Source: Terriglobia bacterium (GTDB lineage: Bacteria; Acidobacteriota; Terriglobia; 20CM-2-55-15). From it: DNA of 64,000 nt. The stretch covers positions 128,001-192,000 of the forward strand of contig CBDCLE010000005.1 in the NCBI GenBank assembly GCA_965218585.1, given 5' to 3'. The translations under genes were made by a program, and so were the position numbers. Positions 10,175 through 19,937 of this stretch are shown one piece after another (position 1 is the stretch's first letter; every line of letters starts with the position of its first letter). The notes beneath the pieces are model-generated. The model did no database searches, was not told the origin of the DNA, and saw only the letters and a list, made by a program, of their open reading frames with translations.

Positions 10175-10282
10175 GTAACGTTCCGCTGTGTCCCCGAAAG
10201 GGCTTGCGGTCAGGATGATCGCGAGCGTCGCCGGTCGTTCAGACAGGATGTCTGAATGAACGACCGAGCGAAATCTTCTGCG
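10175..10282 (+). repeat. Structured dispersed repeat type B, copy 1
   Basis: GTAACGTTCCGCTGTGTCCCC...CGAGCGAAATCTTC; reverse-complement copy at 42769-42877; interrupted copy at 21800-22004. Confidence 0.88.
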
Positions 10283-10392
10283 TGGACCTAAGCAATTGCT
10301 CAACGGTTCCGGACGCTCACACGCCAAGTGAACATCCTAAGTGTTCACAGCCACAGACCTCAACCGTCACACCGAGTGCTACCATACCTCCT

Positions 10393-11913
10393 ATGTTCGG
10401 AAGCTTCCGAAACACGGCTGCCCTTTTAATCATTTCCTCGGTCCTTATCGGCTGCGACAACGGTCCCGTGTCGCCGGACATGGTGACACTGGCGCTCGAC
10501 GGTGCGCCGACGAACCTGGATCCGAGGATCGGCGTGGACGCGTATTCAGAACGGCTGAGTCCGCTTCTCTTTAATTCCCTTGTCCGTAAGGATGAGAACT
10601 CCGCGATCATTCCCGACCTGGCCGAGAGCTGGGACATTCCGGACTCGACGACCTACGTTTTTCATCTGAGAGAAGGCGTTCGCTTCCACGACGGACGGGA
10701 ACTGACCGCGGATGACGTCGTCTATACCGTCAGGAGTATCCTGGATGGCACCGTCCAAACTGCGAAATTAGGGACCTATCGGCTCGTAGATACTGTCGAG
10801 GCTTTGGATCCGTATACAGTCCGCTTTAAATTGAGCGAACCCTACGCGCCTTTTCTCTGGAACCTGATCCCCGAGGCAATCGGTATCGTCCCGGATGGCG
10901 CAGGACCCGACTTTGTGGATCACCTGATCGGAACCGGGCCGTTTGTTTTTGAGCACTACATCCGGGACGGTGAAATCGTTCTTCGTGCCAACGAAGATTA
11001 TTTCGGAGACCCACCGTCGTTGGAAGCGGTTCGGTTCAAGATCGTACCCGATGCGGTTGTCCGTGCCCTGGAGCTGCGTAAGGGAACCGTAGATATCGCG
11101 CTCAACATGCTCCCGGCCGACATGGTGGAGGCGCTTCGGAGTGAGCCTCATCTGGAAGTTCTGAACAGCGAAGGAAGCAACTACCAGTACCTGACATTCA
11201 ATCTGGAGGACCCACTCTTTCGAGACATACGTGTGCGCCGGGCGATTGCTCATGCGGTGGATCGCGAGGGGATCGTCAAGTACCTGTGGCGCAACCAGGC
11301 GCGTCTGGCTGATTCGGTTCTTCCGCCGGAGAATTGGGCGTATTCCTCAGACGTCACAGAGTATCCCTACGACCCGGAACTAGCGCGTTCGATTCTCGAA
11401 GAGGCCGGTTACTGGGATCTCAGCTTCACCTATCGGACCTCTACAGACCCTCTCGGCCTGCTCCAGGCGGCCGTTCTGCAGCAGCAGTTCAAGGAGATGG
11501 GTATCAACATGGAAATCCGTTCCAACGAGTTTGCGACGTTCTTCGCTGATGTCATCGCGGGCAACTTTCAGATCTATTCGCTGAGGTGGGTCGGGGGCAA
11601 CAACGATCCGGATATCTTCAATCTTATTTTTCACTCAGCGATGTTTCCACCGAATGGGGCCAATCGAGGACGGTACGATAATCCAGAGATCGACCGGCTG
11701 ATCGATCTTGCGCGGACGGAGACCGACATGGAAATTCGAAAGGAATATTACGCCCGGATCCAGAAAATAATATCTGACGACCTACCTTATGTTTCGCTGT
11801 ATTACACCAACAACGTTGCCGTCATCAACGAGCGTATCCGGGGCATGCGGCTTTACGCCGCGGGTGACTACGAGTTCTTGAACGAGATCACGATTCGTGA
11901 TCAGCCCGAGTAG
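10393..11913 (+). CDS. ABC transporter substrate-binding lipoprotein, family 5 (Opp/Dpp-like); no permease adjacent
   Basis: Lipobox LIGC; PDLAESW, FHLREGVRFHDG, GTGPF, VRRAIAHAVDR; TGcTACCAT 7 nt before ATG 10393. Confidence 0.92.
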   Translation: MFGSFRNTAALLIISSVLIGCDNGPVSPDMVTLALDGAPTNLDPRIGVDAYSERLSPLLFNSLVRKDENSAIIPDLAESWDIPDSTTYVFHLREGVRFHDGRELTADDVVYTVRSILDGTVQTAKLGTYRLVDTVEALDPYTVRFKLSEPYAPFLWNLIPEAIGIVPDGAGPDFVDHLIGTGPFVFEHYIRDGEIVLRANEDYFGDPPSLEAVRFKIVPDAVVRALELRKGTVDIALNMLPADMVEALRSEPHLEVLNSEGSNYQYLTFNLEDPLFRDIRVRRAIAHAVDREGIVKYLWRNQARLADSVLPPENWAYSSDVTEYPYDPELARSILEEAGYWDLSFTYRTSTDPLGLLQAAVLQQQFKEMGINMEIRSNEFATFFADVIAGNFQIYSLRWVGGNNDPDIFNLIFHSAMFPPNGANRGRYDNPEIDRLIDLARTETDMEIRKEYYARIQKIISDDLPYVSLYYTNNVAVINERIRGMRLYAAGDYEFLNEITIRDQPE

Positions 11914-11933
11914 AGCGCAGTACCAAATCCAAC

Positions 11934-12326
11934 CTAAACTGGCTTTCCGGGTCTGAGCTTTCGATGTTTCCGCGACGACGCACGGGGTGCCGATTTACGG
12001 GTCACAAATTTGTGCGCCATGCCGAGCAAGTCCCGCAACATATCGGGATCGACGTGAGACAAGCGAACCAGAACCCAGTCATAGCTGACGTAGTGGTCCG
12101 TCGCGTAGTAAACATCGGGGGCCTGGGCGAGCAACTCCGCGCGATCATCGAAATCCACCTGAACGGCAAGTGAACCGGGTTCGGCCGAACGATTCGCTGG
12201 GACGCATGCCAGGAGTTTTCCGCGGACCTTGAGCGCCGGGAAGCCGTACGCCGTGCTCTCCTCCACGTCGGGTAATGCGAGTCCGATATTCTTCACGGTG
12301 TCGAAGTCGATTGTGCTCTTTGGCAT
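11934..12326 (-). CDS. MmcQ/YjbR family protein
   Basis: LALPDVEESTAYGFPALKVRGKL...PDVYY.TDHY...WVLVRL. Confidence 0.8.
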   Translation of the reverse strand: MPKSTIDFDTVKNIGLALPDVEESTAYGFPALKVRGKLLACVPANRSAEPGSLAVQVDFDDRAELLAQAPDVYYATDHYVSYDWVLVRLSHVDPDMLRDLLGMAHKFVTRKSAPRASSRKHRKLRPGKPV

Positions 12327-12405
12327 AGCCCAGTGCGATTCTGTAGGATCTTGTGAATTCTCAGACGAAGGCTGAACCTTCTCGGCTGAGCCCGTTCACT
12401 TCCAC

Positions 12406-13293
12406 CTATTCGTCTCGATACTTTGGTACAGCGTTCAATGCGGGTGCGAATGAATTCTCAAGATCGCATTCACTCCAATTTCGGTAAGCATCGAAAAGGG
12501 ATTCGTCGAATGGACGATCCGATCGGACAAATTCGAGGGTTTCTGTAAAAGGCTCACTCAAAAAGAGTGGGTCTTCAACTGTGAATACCATTCTTAATCG
12601 GTCGGGTGCTATGAGGGAATAGCGTTCGGTGATGCGTTTGAGCCATGACGAGGGGATCTGGCCCTGGAAGTCGATTCCGTTCGGATCAAACGCAAAGTTT
12701 GTCGTTTCAACGACCAGTTCATCTCCTTCGTACCGGCCAATGGAATGTCCCCAATAAGAGACGTAGTCCGGATCGCTTGGGGCTGGATGCGACCGACCGT
12801 CCATCCAGATGGTGCGAGTGATAAAAATATTGAAATTACTGGTCTCGCCCTGTTGCCACTCTTGCACGATTCGGCTAGTCTGCTGATCAATGCGTACCGC
12901 ACCCCCGCCGAATACCCACCTGCTGGGTATGGATTCCGGCACACAGTAAAATTTTCCTTCTATCAGTTCATCATGGAACTCGATCCACGCCAGCGCCCTC
13001 TCGGTCAGCTTCAGTTGTTCCATTGAAAACCTGCAGCCTCCGCGAGGGACCCCTCGGGCGTCAGTCGGAAAGTCCTCACAGTCCAGCGAGCCTTCGTTCG
13101 ACCTTTCTACACGGACCCACGCGCCTCCCAGACGGGGCATCTCGTCCACTTCGGCACGCGCTAAACCCAGTATATCTTCCACTTGGACCGGAGTCTGACT
13201 CTCCAGATCCATTGGAACCGCGATCATCAAAACAGCCACAAAAGCGATGCCGGCAAAAGGATTCCATCCGTTGTGAAAATCTTTAGTTCTCAT
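12406..13293 (-). CDS. Secreted hypothetical protein, DUF6152-partner family (copy 1)
   Basis: Signal peptide; RTIWMDGRSHP, GHSIGRYEGDELVVET, ITERY, VEDP motifs shared with 28904-29661. Confidence 0.8.
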   Translation of the reverse strand: MRTKDFHNGWNPFAGIAFVAVLMIAVPMDLESQTPVQVEDILGLARAEVDEMPRLGGAWVRVERSNEGSLDCEDFPTDARGVPRGGCRFSMEQLKLTERALAWIEFHDELIEGKFYCVPESIPSRWVFGGGAVRIDQQTSRIVQEWQQGETSNFNIFITRTIWMDGRSHPAPSDPDYVSYWGHSIGRYEGDELVVETTNFAFDPNGIDFQGQIPSSWLKRITERYSLIAPDRLRMVFTVEDPLFLSEPFTETLEFVRSDRPFDESLFDAYRNWSECDLENSFAPALNAVPKYRDE

Positions 13294-13311
13294 TACTGTC
13301 TGCTCCTTGAG

Positions 13312-13749
13312 TCACTGACTGGGTTGCGGCCCGTCGTCCAATAGCTCCTCTAGCAATTCCTCCGGACGATTCGGGTCGCCAAACGCCTGCCCGAATGTGG
13401 TGCCGTCTGCCTTGATCACCGTCCATATGACTATCCCCATCGCGGCTGGATTCCTTCCAGGACTGCCAAGGACTGTGACGGTTTCACCAGGATCGATTGC
13501 GATATTTAACATTCGCGCAGCGCTAGGTCCTTCTGCCCTCCAGCTCACTTTCCGGCCATCTTCCTCGGTCACCTCGAGCATGAAACTGCTGTGGGGATTT
13601 CTCATCCGTATATCGGTGACGACTCCCGTTAGCGGAATAACTTGATTCACGTCATAGAACGTCGCCGCAGCATGGTGTGCCTGACCGAACACTGCCGCCG
13701 TGAGTACTACAAGGGTCAGTATGCACCACATGCTTATGTGTCTTTTCAT
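13312..13749 (-). CDS. DUF6152-like secreted protein (copy 1)
   Basis: Signal peptide then AHH..A.FYD...LTGVVT....NPH...W..EG; RBS AGGAG/AAGGA before ATG 13749. Confidence 0.8.
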   Translation of the reverse strand: MKRHISMWCILTLVVLTAAVFGQAHHAAATFYDVNQVIPLTGVVTDIRMRNPHSSFMLEVTEEDGRKVSWRAEGPSAARMLNIAIDPGETVTVLGSPGRNPAAMGIVIWTVIKADGTTFGQAFGDPNRPEELLEELLDDGPQPSQ

Positions 13750-13916
13750 GTCCTTTTCTCTCCTGTGATGTTCATTCCACAAGGTCGCTTTCAGCTTGAA
13801 GGATCGTACCAGATGCCGTGACTGCATGCCCGATCTGAAAAGGGTTCGCCCTAAATGAGTGTGACCCCACGTTCACAGCACGCGAAACGCTCTCGGTCTT
13901 AGACAGCCTCCATGGG

Positions 13917-14519
13917 TCAGTTGATTCCAAGCCGATATGCCGTAATCAAGAGAACTTCTCGAAGGCTGTACCAGGCCCGGCTCGTAGATGACGTTTCAAT
14001 CAAGCTTGCAGGTGCGGGCGATACCAGAGCCCGAAGTTCGTTATCTTCAAAAATCTGACCGACCCGATAAAGGTGGAATCCATCGCTGACGACAAGAGCC
14101 GTGCCCCATCCGTTGGACTCCATCAAACGGACAACGGCCAGTACCGTGTCATATGTGGTGCCACTTCCCTGCTCGGTCACGATCTGGGACGGATCGACAC
14201 CGTGTTCAGATAAGTATTCGGTTGCGACGTGGGCTTCAGAGAAATTTAGGTCGGGTCCGAAACTTCCCGTGGTGACGAGAACGTTCGCGTGGCCCGCGTC
14301 GAAGAGATCAAGGGCGTGATCGAGGCGGGCCTGGAAGACGGGTGACGGTTGTCCGTTGTACTGAGCCGCCCCAAGAATGACAATCGCGTCGGCTGCGCCG
14401 GCTTCGTCCATACCCGCAATCCTCCGAACCTGAACATATGTCACCGCTGTGTAGGCGGCGATCAGGAGGCCGGCGAGGGCCGTCACCAGCACGAGTCTTC
14501 TGAGGCGGGTGCCTTTCAT
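13917..14519 (-). CDS. YdcF/DUF218 (ElyC-like) family protein
   Basis: N-terminal TM; DAIVILGA, RLDHA, SEA, VSDGFHLYR, LRE. Confidence 0.88.
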   Translation of the reverse strand: MKGTRLRRLVLVTALAGLLIAAYTAVTYVQVRRIAGMDEAGAADAIVILGAAQYNGQPSPVFQARLDHALDLFDAGHANVLVTTGSFGPDLNFSEAHVATEYLSEHGVDPSQIVTEQGSGTTYDTVLAVVRLMESNGWGTALVVSDGFHLYRVGQIFEDNELRALVSPAPASLIETSSTSRAWYSLREVLLITAYRLGIN

Positions 14520-15163
14520 GCCGTTCGCCTCTGGAGGTGGCCGTCGAAAAAACGGACCAACTGATCGTGGGTGATGGGACCTTCCCGGATAAGAACTGGC
14601 GGCTCGGAAGAAACGTCCAGGATCGTGGAGGGGGGGCGAGCCTCGAGGGGTCCTCCATCGATCACGATATCGACCGCGTTCCCCAGGTGAACAATGGCTT
14701 CATCCGCCGATCTGGCCGCGGGTTCTCCACTGCGGTTCGCACTGGTTCCGGTGATCGCGCCACCCAGGGCCTGGACGATCCGGCACGGAAGTGACGCTTC
14801 CGGGAAACGTAAGCCGATCTTTCCGGTGCCAGAGGTAAGCCGGTCCGAAACATGTTTTGCCGCTCCGGTCACCAGGGTGATCGGGCCCGGCCAAAAGGCG
14901 GCCGCCACTTCTTCGAATAGAGGATTTGGCACGCTGAAAGCCCGGGCCATTTCTAACGAGTCCACGATCAGAAGGATAGGTTTCGATGGATCTCGACCTT
15001 TTAATTCGAACAATCGTTCTACTGCTTCTCGGCTCGAAGGGTTTACTCCGAGAGCATAGACCGTGTCCGTCGGAAAGCAGACGACGCCCCCGGAAACGAG
15101 TGTTTTGCCGATCTCGGCAAGGCTCGTTGGGTCGAGTTCGTCAGCGGCGATTAGACGTGTCAT
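14516..15163 (-). CDS. tsaC: L-threonylcarbamoyladenylate synthase (YrdC/Sua5 domain)
   Basis: FPTDTVYAL, KGR...KP, FWPGPITL, TSANRSG, PSTILD. Confidence 0.93.
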   Translation of the reverse strand: MTRLIAADELDPTSLAEIGKTLVSGGVVCFPTDTVYALGVNPSSREAVERLFELKGRDPSKPILLIVDSLEMARAFSVPNPLFEEVAAAFWPGPITLVTGAAKHVSDRLTSGTGKIGLRFPEASLPCRIVQALGGAITGTSANRSGEPAARSADEAIVHLGNAVDIVIDGGPLEARPPSTILDVSSEPPVLIREGPITHDQLVRFFDGHLQRRTA

Positions 15164-15223
15164 ATTAAACAGTCACGAGTGAGGAGTGGGTGCCGCGTCC
15201 TCTGACTCGCCACTGGTCCCTAG

Positions 15224-15251
15224 CAACTTCTAACTTATAACTTATAACTCA
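15224..15251. repeat. Heptamer tandem repeat, 4 imperfect units of (T/C)AACT(T/C)(A/C)
   Basis: CAACTTC TAACTTA TAACTTA TAACTCA between divergent tsaC and TrmH-family genes. Confidence 0.6.
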
Positions 15252-15277
15252 CCTATAGCTGCGATAATACGACCGTC

Positions 15278-16057
15278 ATGGGCCCGGAACGGATTGGCAA
15301 GCACAACCGGAGACTAACGGAGATTCGGAAGTCCTTTCGCGAGGGCTGTCTGACCTCAGATGGGTTGCTTCCCATCGAAGGTCCCCGCTTACTGGATGAA
15401 GTGAGAAAGAGCGGACTGCAAATTGAAGAGCTCTTCATCCGGGAGGGAGACGTCTCGGAAGTCGACGCACGCCGAAGCTACACAGTGACGCCCTCGGTAT
15501 TCGGATCCCTGTGTGGCACGCGGGAGCCACAGGGTGTCATCGCGTTGGTCCGGCCCCCGACTTTTTCCTTCGAATCGATGCTCGGTGATGCCCGGCTTCT
15601 TCTGATCGTCCTGTGTGGTCTTCAGGATCCAGGAAACGTGGGCAGCATTCTGAGAATTGCGGAAGCTTTCGCGGCCAGCGGCTGCGTTGCAACCCGAGGT
15701 ACGACCAGCGTCTATAACGACAAGGTGGTTCGTGCGAGTGCGGGCAGCCTCTTCCGTCTGCCCCACGTGTGGGGTGCAGATTTCGCCTCAACCGTGGACC
15801 AACTCCGTTCAAGGGGCGTTCGAATCGTGGGTACGGCTATGGAAGCCGAACAAACCGTTCGGAGCGAAGACTGGCAGAGTCGGGCAGCGATATTATTCGG
15901 CAACGAGGGTGCCGGATTGAGCCCGGACGAACTCGCTGTTTGCGATAGCATAGTGCGGGTTCCCCACGCCGCCGCCGTCGATTCGCTCAACGCCGCTGCA
16001 GCAGCGGGCATTGTCCTGTATGAGGCGGCGCGTTACCGTAGCTCTGAGGCCGGTTAA
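15278..16057 (+). CDS. TrmH/SpoU family RNA methyltransferase
   Basis: QDPGNVGSILR, VVRASAGS, FGNEGAGL, DSLNAAAAAGIVLYE. Confidence 0.92.
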   Translation: MGPERIGKHNRRLTEIRKSFREGCLTSDGLLPIEGPRLLDEVRKSGLQIEELFIREGDVSEVDARRSYTVTPSVFGSLCGTREPQGVIALVRPPTFSFESMLGDARLLLIVLCGLQDPGNVGSILRIAEAFAASGCVATRGTTSVYNDKVVRASAGSLFRLPHVWGADFASTVDQLRSRGVRIVGTAMEAEQTVRSEDWQSRAAILFGNEGAGLSPDELAVCDSIVRVPHAAAVDSLNAAAAAGIVLYEAARYRSSEAG

Positions 16058-16062
16058 ACAAT

Positions 16063-17367
16063 ATGGATTCCCTCTTCGACGATCCCAATCAGGTTGCCGA
16101 AACCGAACATGTTCCCCTGGCCGAGCGGATGCGTCCGACGGCGCTGACCGAGTTCGTCGGGCAGGAGCATCTGCTTGGTCCCGGAAAGGCTCTCAGGTTG
16201 GCCATCGAACACGATCAGACGCCTTCGATGATTCTCTGGGGACCTCCCGGCGTCGGGAAAACGACCCTCGCTCAGATCGTCGCGCACCAGACGCGGTCCG
16301 CGTTCCTGCAGTTCAGTGCCGTGCTTTCGGGAATCAAGGAAATTCGGGAGATTATGGCTGCAGCCGAACGCGCACACAAACTTGGACATCAGACCATCCT
16401 CTTTGTCGACGAAATCCACAGGTTCAACAAGGCCCAGCAGGACGCTTTCCTTCCCTACGTCGAGAAAGGGAGCATTACTCTGATTGGTGCAACCACCGAA
16501 AATCCGTCTTTTGAAGTGATCGCAGCTCTGCTCTCGCGTGTGCGCGTCTTTGTTCTGGAGGCGCTCAAGGATAAAGAGATCGCCCTCCTTGTGGAACGAG
16601 GGGCCAAGACCGTCGGGTGTCAGATTGCTGCTGACGCTCGATCGACGATCGTCGATCTTTCAAACGGGGACGCTCGCGCGGCCTACAACATGCTCGAGAT
16701 GGCCGCGCAGTTCGTCGACTCGGACGACGAGATCTCGAAGAACGTCGTTCAGGAAGTGGCGCAGCGGAAGGTGCTTCTCTACGACAAGGGAGGCGAAGAG
16801 CATTACAACATCATTTCGGCTCTCCACAAATCTATTCGAAATTCAGATGCCGATGCCGCGCTCTATTGGCTCGCACGGATGCTGGAAGCCGGTGAAGACC
16901 CCCTCTACATTGCGCGACGTCTTGTTCGATTCGCTTCTGAAGACGTTGGGTTGGCCGACCCCGACGCATTGGGGCTGGCTCTGGACGCAAAGGAGTCCGT
17001 CAATTTCCTGGGAATGCCCGAGGGGGGATTGGCATTGGCCGAATGTGTGATCTATCTGGTTGCAGCGCCGAAATCCAATTCGGTGTACACGGCTTACTCT
17101 GCCGCCATGGAAGAGGCGCGAAACAGCCGTGCCGAGCCGGTGCCACTGCATTTGAGGAACGCCCCCACGAAATTGATGAAGAGCCTCCACTACGGAGAAG
17201 GATACCGGTACGCGCACGACACAGAGGACGGAGTGGCCGATATGGAGTGCCTGCCTCGAAACCTCGCCCGCCATCGCTATTATCACGGGAAGAAGGTGGG
17301 GGCAGAGGCGGGCCTCATCGAGCGGCTGGAGGAATTCAGGCACCGTTTAAGGAAGGGCCGCAGGTAG
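16063..17367 (+). CDS. rarA: Replication-associated recombination protein A (MgsA/RarA)
   Basis: PLAERMRP, GPPGVGKTT, DEIHRFNKAQQD, ISALHKSIR, VPLHLRNAPT. Confidence 0.96.
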   Translation: MDSLFDDPNQVAETEHVPLAERMRPTALTEFVGQEHLLGPGKALRLAIEHDQTPSMILWGPPGVGKTTLAQIVAHQTRSAFLQFSAVLSGIKEIREIMAAAERAHKLGHQTILFVDEIHRFNKAQQDAFLPYVEKGSITLIGATTENPSFEVIAALLSRVRVFVLEALKDKEIALLVERGAKTVGCQIAADARSTIVDLSNGDARAAYNMLEMAAQFVDSDDEISKNVVQEVAQRKVLLYDKGGEEHYNIISALHKSIRNSDADAALYWLARMLEAGEDPLYIARRLVRFASEDVGLADPDALGLALDAKESVNFLGMPEGGLALAECVIYLVAAPKSNSVYTAYSAAMEEARNSRAEPVPLHLRNAPTKLMKSLHYGEGYRYAHDTEDGVADMECLPRNLARHRYYHGKKVGAEAGLIERLEEFRHRLRKGRR

Positions 17368-17371
17368 CACT

Positions 17372-17764
17372 TCAACGCTTCAGGGCCTTGTGCTCCTTGA
17401 GAATGCACCGGTCCATCACAACCGCCAACCCGGCCTGCCGTGCCTCCTCGGCCGCAGCATCGTCAACGACGCCTTCCTGCATCCAGACGCAACGGGCCCC
17501 GATTTCGATTGCTGCGCCCACAATCTCGGGAACGAATTCCGATCGCCTGAAAATATTGACGATTTCCACAGGTTCAGGAACGTCCGTCAGGTGCGAATAG
17601 ACCTTTTCACCCAGTACCTCCGTTTCGTTGGGGTTCACCGGAATGATTCGATAACCGTTTGCCTGCATGTACCGGCTTACGCTGTGACTGGGCCTTTCGG
17701 TTCTGGACGAAAGGCCGACGACGGCTATCGTTCGATAGGTCTCGAGGATGTCTATTTCCGTCAT
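17372..17764 (-). CDS. CoA-binding protein (YccU-like)
   Basis: IAVVGLS...RPS, GYRIIPVNP, VWMQEG, VMDRC. Confidence 0.92.
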   Translation of the reverse strand: MTEIDILETYRTIAVVGLSSRTERPSHSVSRYMQANGYRIIPVNPNETEVLGEKVYSHLTDVPEPVEIVNIFRRSEFVPEIVGAAIEIGARCVWMQEGVVDDAAAEEARQAGLAVVMDRCILKEHKALKR

Positions 17765-18537
17765 GAGCGTTTCTTTCCCGAAGCGTTCTTTGATCCCGGA
17801 CCGGCTCGGGGCGAACTCTTCTTTCCGTAACGACTATAAAATTTCTCCACCTCGGCGTCTGTAAGATGGCGGGATTCTCCTGACTTAAGTTTCTTGTCTT
17901 CCAGAAAACCGATTCGCGTTCGGCGCAGTTTCATGACGGAGTGCCCAATAGCCTCGAACATTCGCCGAATCTGCCGATTTCGTCCCTGGCGTAGCGTGAC
18001 TTCATACCACGTGTTGTCTCCGGAACGGAAAACTTCGATCTCACATCTCGATGTCCGTACGTCGGTCAGCCGGATTCCTCTTCTCAGGCGGTTGAGCTGA
18101 GCGTCGCTAGGAACGCCGGAAACCTTCACCTGGTAGACCTTTTCTGCGTTTCCCGCCTGGGTCATGAAACGTGTCAACTCCCCGTCGTTGGTCAGAACCA
18201 GAAGGCCTTCCGAGGCAAAGTCGAGACGTCCCACCGGATACACCTTGTCCTGCAGTCGCTTCTCGATGAGATCGGTGACAGTCCGCCGTCCGCCTGGATC
18301 ATCACGCGTCGACAGGACGTTTTTCGGCTTGTTCAGAAGCAGATAGACGGGTTTGCCCGGGGATCGGAGGCGCTTGCCATCCAGGGTGATCACGTCAACG
18401 CGGGGATCGGCTTTCACACCCATCTCGCGGATGATCTCGCCGTTGACGCGAACCCGGCCCTCTTTAATGATCTTCTCCGCATTCCGCCGGGACGCCACAC
18501 CGGCGTGTGCCAGGATTTTTTGTAACCGATCCTGCAC
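17761..18537 (-). CDS. rluB: 23S rRNA pseudouridine synthase (RluB-like)
   Basis: S4 domain RLQKILAHAGVASRR; VGRLD; GRNRQIRRM; downstream of scpB. Confidence 0.88.
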   Translation of the reverse strand: MQDRLQKILAHAGVASRRNAEKIIKEGRVRVNGEIIREMGVKADPRVDVITLDGKRLRSPGKPVYLLLNKPKNVLSTRDDPGGRRTVTDLIEKRLQDKVYPVGRLDFASEGLLVLTNDGELTRFMTQAGNAEKVYQVKVSGVPSDAQLNRLRRGIRLTDVRTSRCEIEVFRSGDNTWYEVTLRQGRNRQIRRMFEAIGHSVMKLRRTRIGFLEDKKLKSGESRHLTDAEVEKFYSRYGKKSSPRAGPGSKNASGKKRS

Positions 18538-18597
18538 TATACGGATTCCAAGGATGGGTTCATTGGTAGAGATTACACGGGTCCGGACTGAACCGGG

Positions 18598-19212
18598 TTA
18601 CTCGGCGGCCTCTTCCTCGACGGGTTCGTTCTCCGCCTCGCCTTCCTCCAACGGAAGTTCAGCCTGTTCGGAGTGCTCGGATTTGATCAGCTCCTCGAAC
18701 TCTTCCATGCTGGGTAACTCGTCCAGGTTTTTGAGGCCGAAGTGGACCAGGAAGCTGCGCGTGGTCTTGTAGAGGATGGGGCGGCCGACGACGTCTTTGC
18801 GTCCTGCAGCGGTGACCAGCTTTCTATCCAGCAAGGTCTTGATCACGCCTGATGCATGAACACCACGGACTTCCTGGATTTCCGGGATCGTAATCGGCTG
18901 TCTATATGCGATCACGGCGAGAGTTTCGAGCGCCGCGAGTGAAAGGCGGGTCGGAGGGACCAGGCTTCTGGCGAATTTCTTCAGAACTTCATGGTGCTCC
19001 GGTTTCGTGGAAAAGCGGTATCCATCTGCAACTTCACGTACTTCGATTCCGTGGGCTGTTGACTGAAAGCGTTCTACAAGGGCATTCAGTTCATCTGCGA
19101 GCTCGGCGGGCGGAACCGCTGGCAGCGCTTTCTGGATCTGCTTCAGTCGGACGGGCTCGTCGGCGAGGTAGATAATCGCCTCAAGCAAAGCTGAAAGATT
19201 GGGATCGCTCAT
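18598..19212 (-). CDS. scpB: SMC-Scp complex subunit ScpB
   Basis: LEAIIY, LSLAALETLAVIAYRQP, GRPILYKTT..FL..FGL. Confidence 0.95.
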   Translation of the reverse strand: MSDPNLSALLEAIIYLADEPVRLKQIQKALPAVPPAELADELNALVERFQSTAHGIEVREVADGYRFSTKPEHHEVLKKFARSLVPPTRLSLAALETLAVIAYRQPITIPEIQEVRGVHASGVIKTLLDRKLVTAAGRKDVVGRPILYKTTRSFLVHFGLKNLDELPSMEEFEELIKSEHSEQAELPLEEGEAENEPVEEEAAE

Positions 19213-19930
19213 GCTTCGGGTTTGCTCGCAAGTGGATGTCTCCGAACGCATCCTTTTGACCGATCTGAATCGCACGAATCCGGGCAAGCTCCAGAAGTGC
19301 GAGAAACGCTGTTATCAAAGCCTTTCTGGTCGAGAACCGCTCCATCAACTTAGTGAAGAGGAGGCCGGAGGGTGCAGCGTCGAGGCGTTGCAGCATTAAG
19401 GCGGCCATTTCCTCGACCGAAAACTCTTCTCTCTCGACATCCAGGGACGGACGTTCTTCGAATCGCTTCAGGACGTCACGGAAAACCGCAAGCATGTCGA
19501 AGAGTGTAGCCGTGACCTCGGGTTCGAGTTCGCTCTGCTCGACGTCCAGACTCCCCGGGCGAGTCCAGGCGGACTTTTCGACGAGTTCCCTCTGGTAAAG
19601 CATCTCGGCTGCATTCTTGAACTTCTCATGTTCAAGGAGCCTTCTGACTAGCTCTGCCCGGGGATCTTCCTCTTCTTCCAGATCTCGATCCGGGTCTGGA
19701 GGCAGCAGCATGCGCGATTTGATGTAGATCAATTGTGCCGCTATCACCAGAAACTCGGAAGCCGTATCCACGTTCATCTCCTTCATCAGATGGAGATAGT
19801 CCAGGTATTGGGATGTGACGTCGGCAATAGGAATATCGTAGATGTCGAGTTTCTGCCGGCGAATGAGGTCCAGCAAAAGATCAAGCGGACCTTCGTACAG
19901 AGAGAGCTTGATTTTGAGTTCTTCTGCCAT
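19181..19930 (-). CDS. scpA: Segregation and condensation protein A
   Basis: YEGPLDLLLDLI, IKSRMLLP, DPRAELV, FLALLEL. Confidence 0.95.
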   Translation of the reverse strand: MAEELKIKLSLYEGPLDLLLDLIRRQKLDIYDIPIADVTSQYLDYLHLMKEMNVDTASEFLVIAAQLIYIKSRMLLPPDPDRDLEEEEDPRAELVRRLLEHEKFKNAAEMLYQRELVEKSAWTRPGSLDVEQSELEPEVTATLFDMLAVFRDVLKRFEERPSLDVEREEFSVEEMAALMLQRLDAAPSGLLFTKLMERFSTRKALITAFLALLELARIRAIQIGQKDAFGDIHLRANPKHERSQSFSFA

Positions 19931-19937
19931 TGAACTA

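Noticed and set aside
10205-10280. Hammerhead- or HDV-like ribozyme in repeat B (GATGA...stem...GAAA; GCGAA)
   Set aside because: The core reads AGGATGA rather than CTGATGA, and I could not build stems I/III or the HDV nested pseudoknot by eye
9953-10327. ORFs 9953-10327 and 42749-42988 share ERPATLAIIL.AS.FGDTAERY, suggesting a small toxin-like peptide family
   Set aside because: The similarity is confined to DNA repeat B; differences include non-conservative changes (I/T, L/P), and there is no common start, stop or RBS
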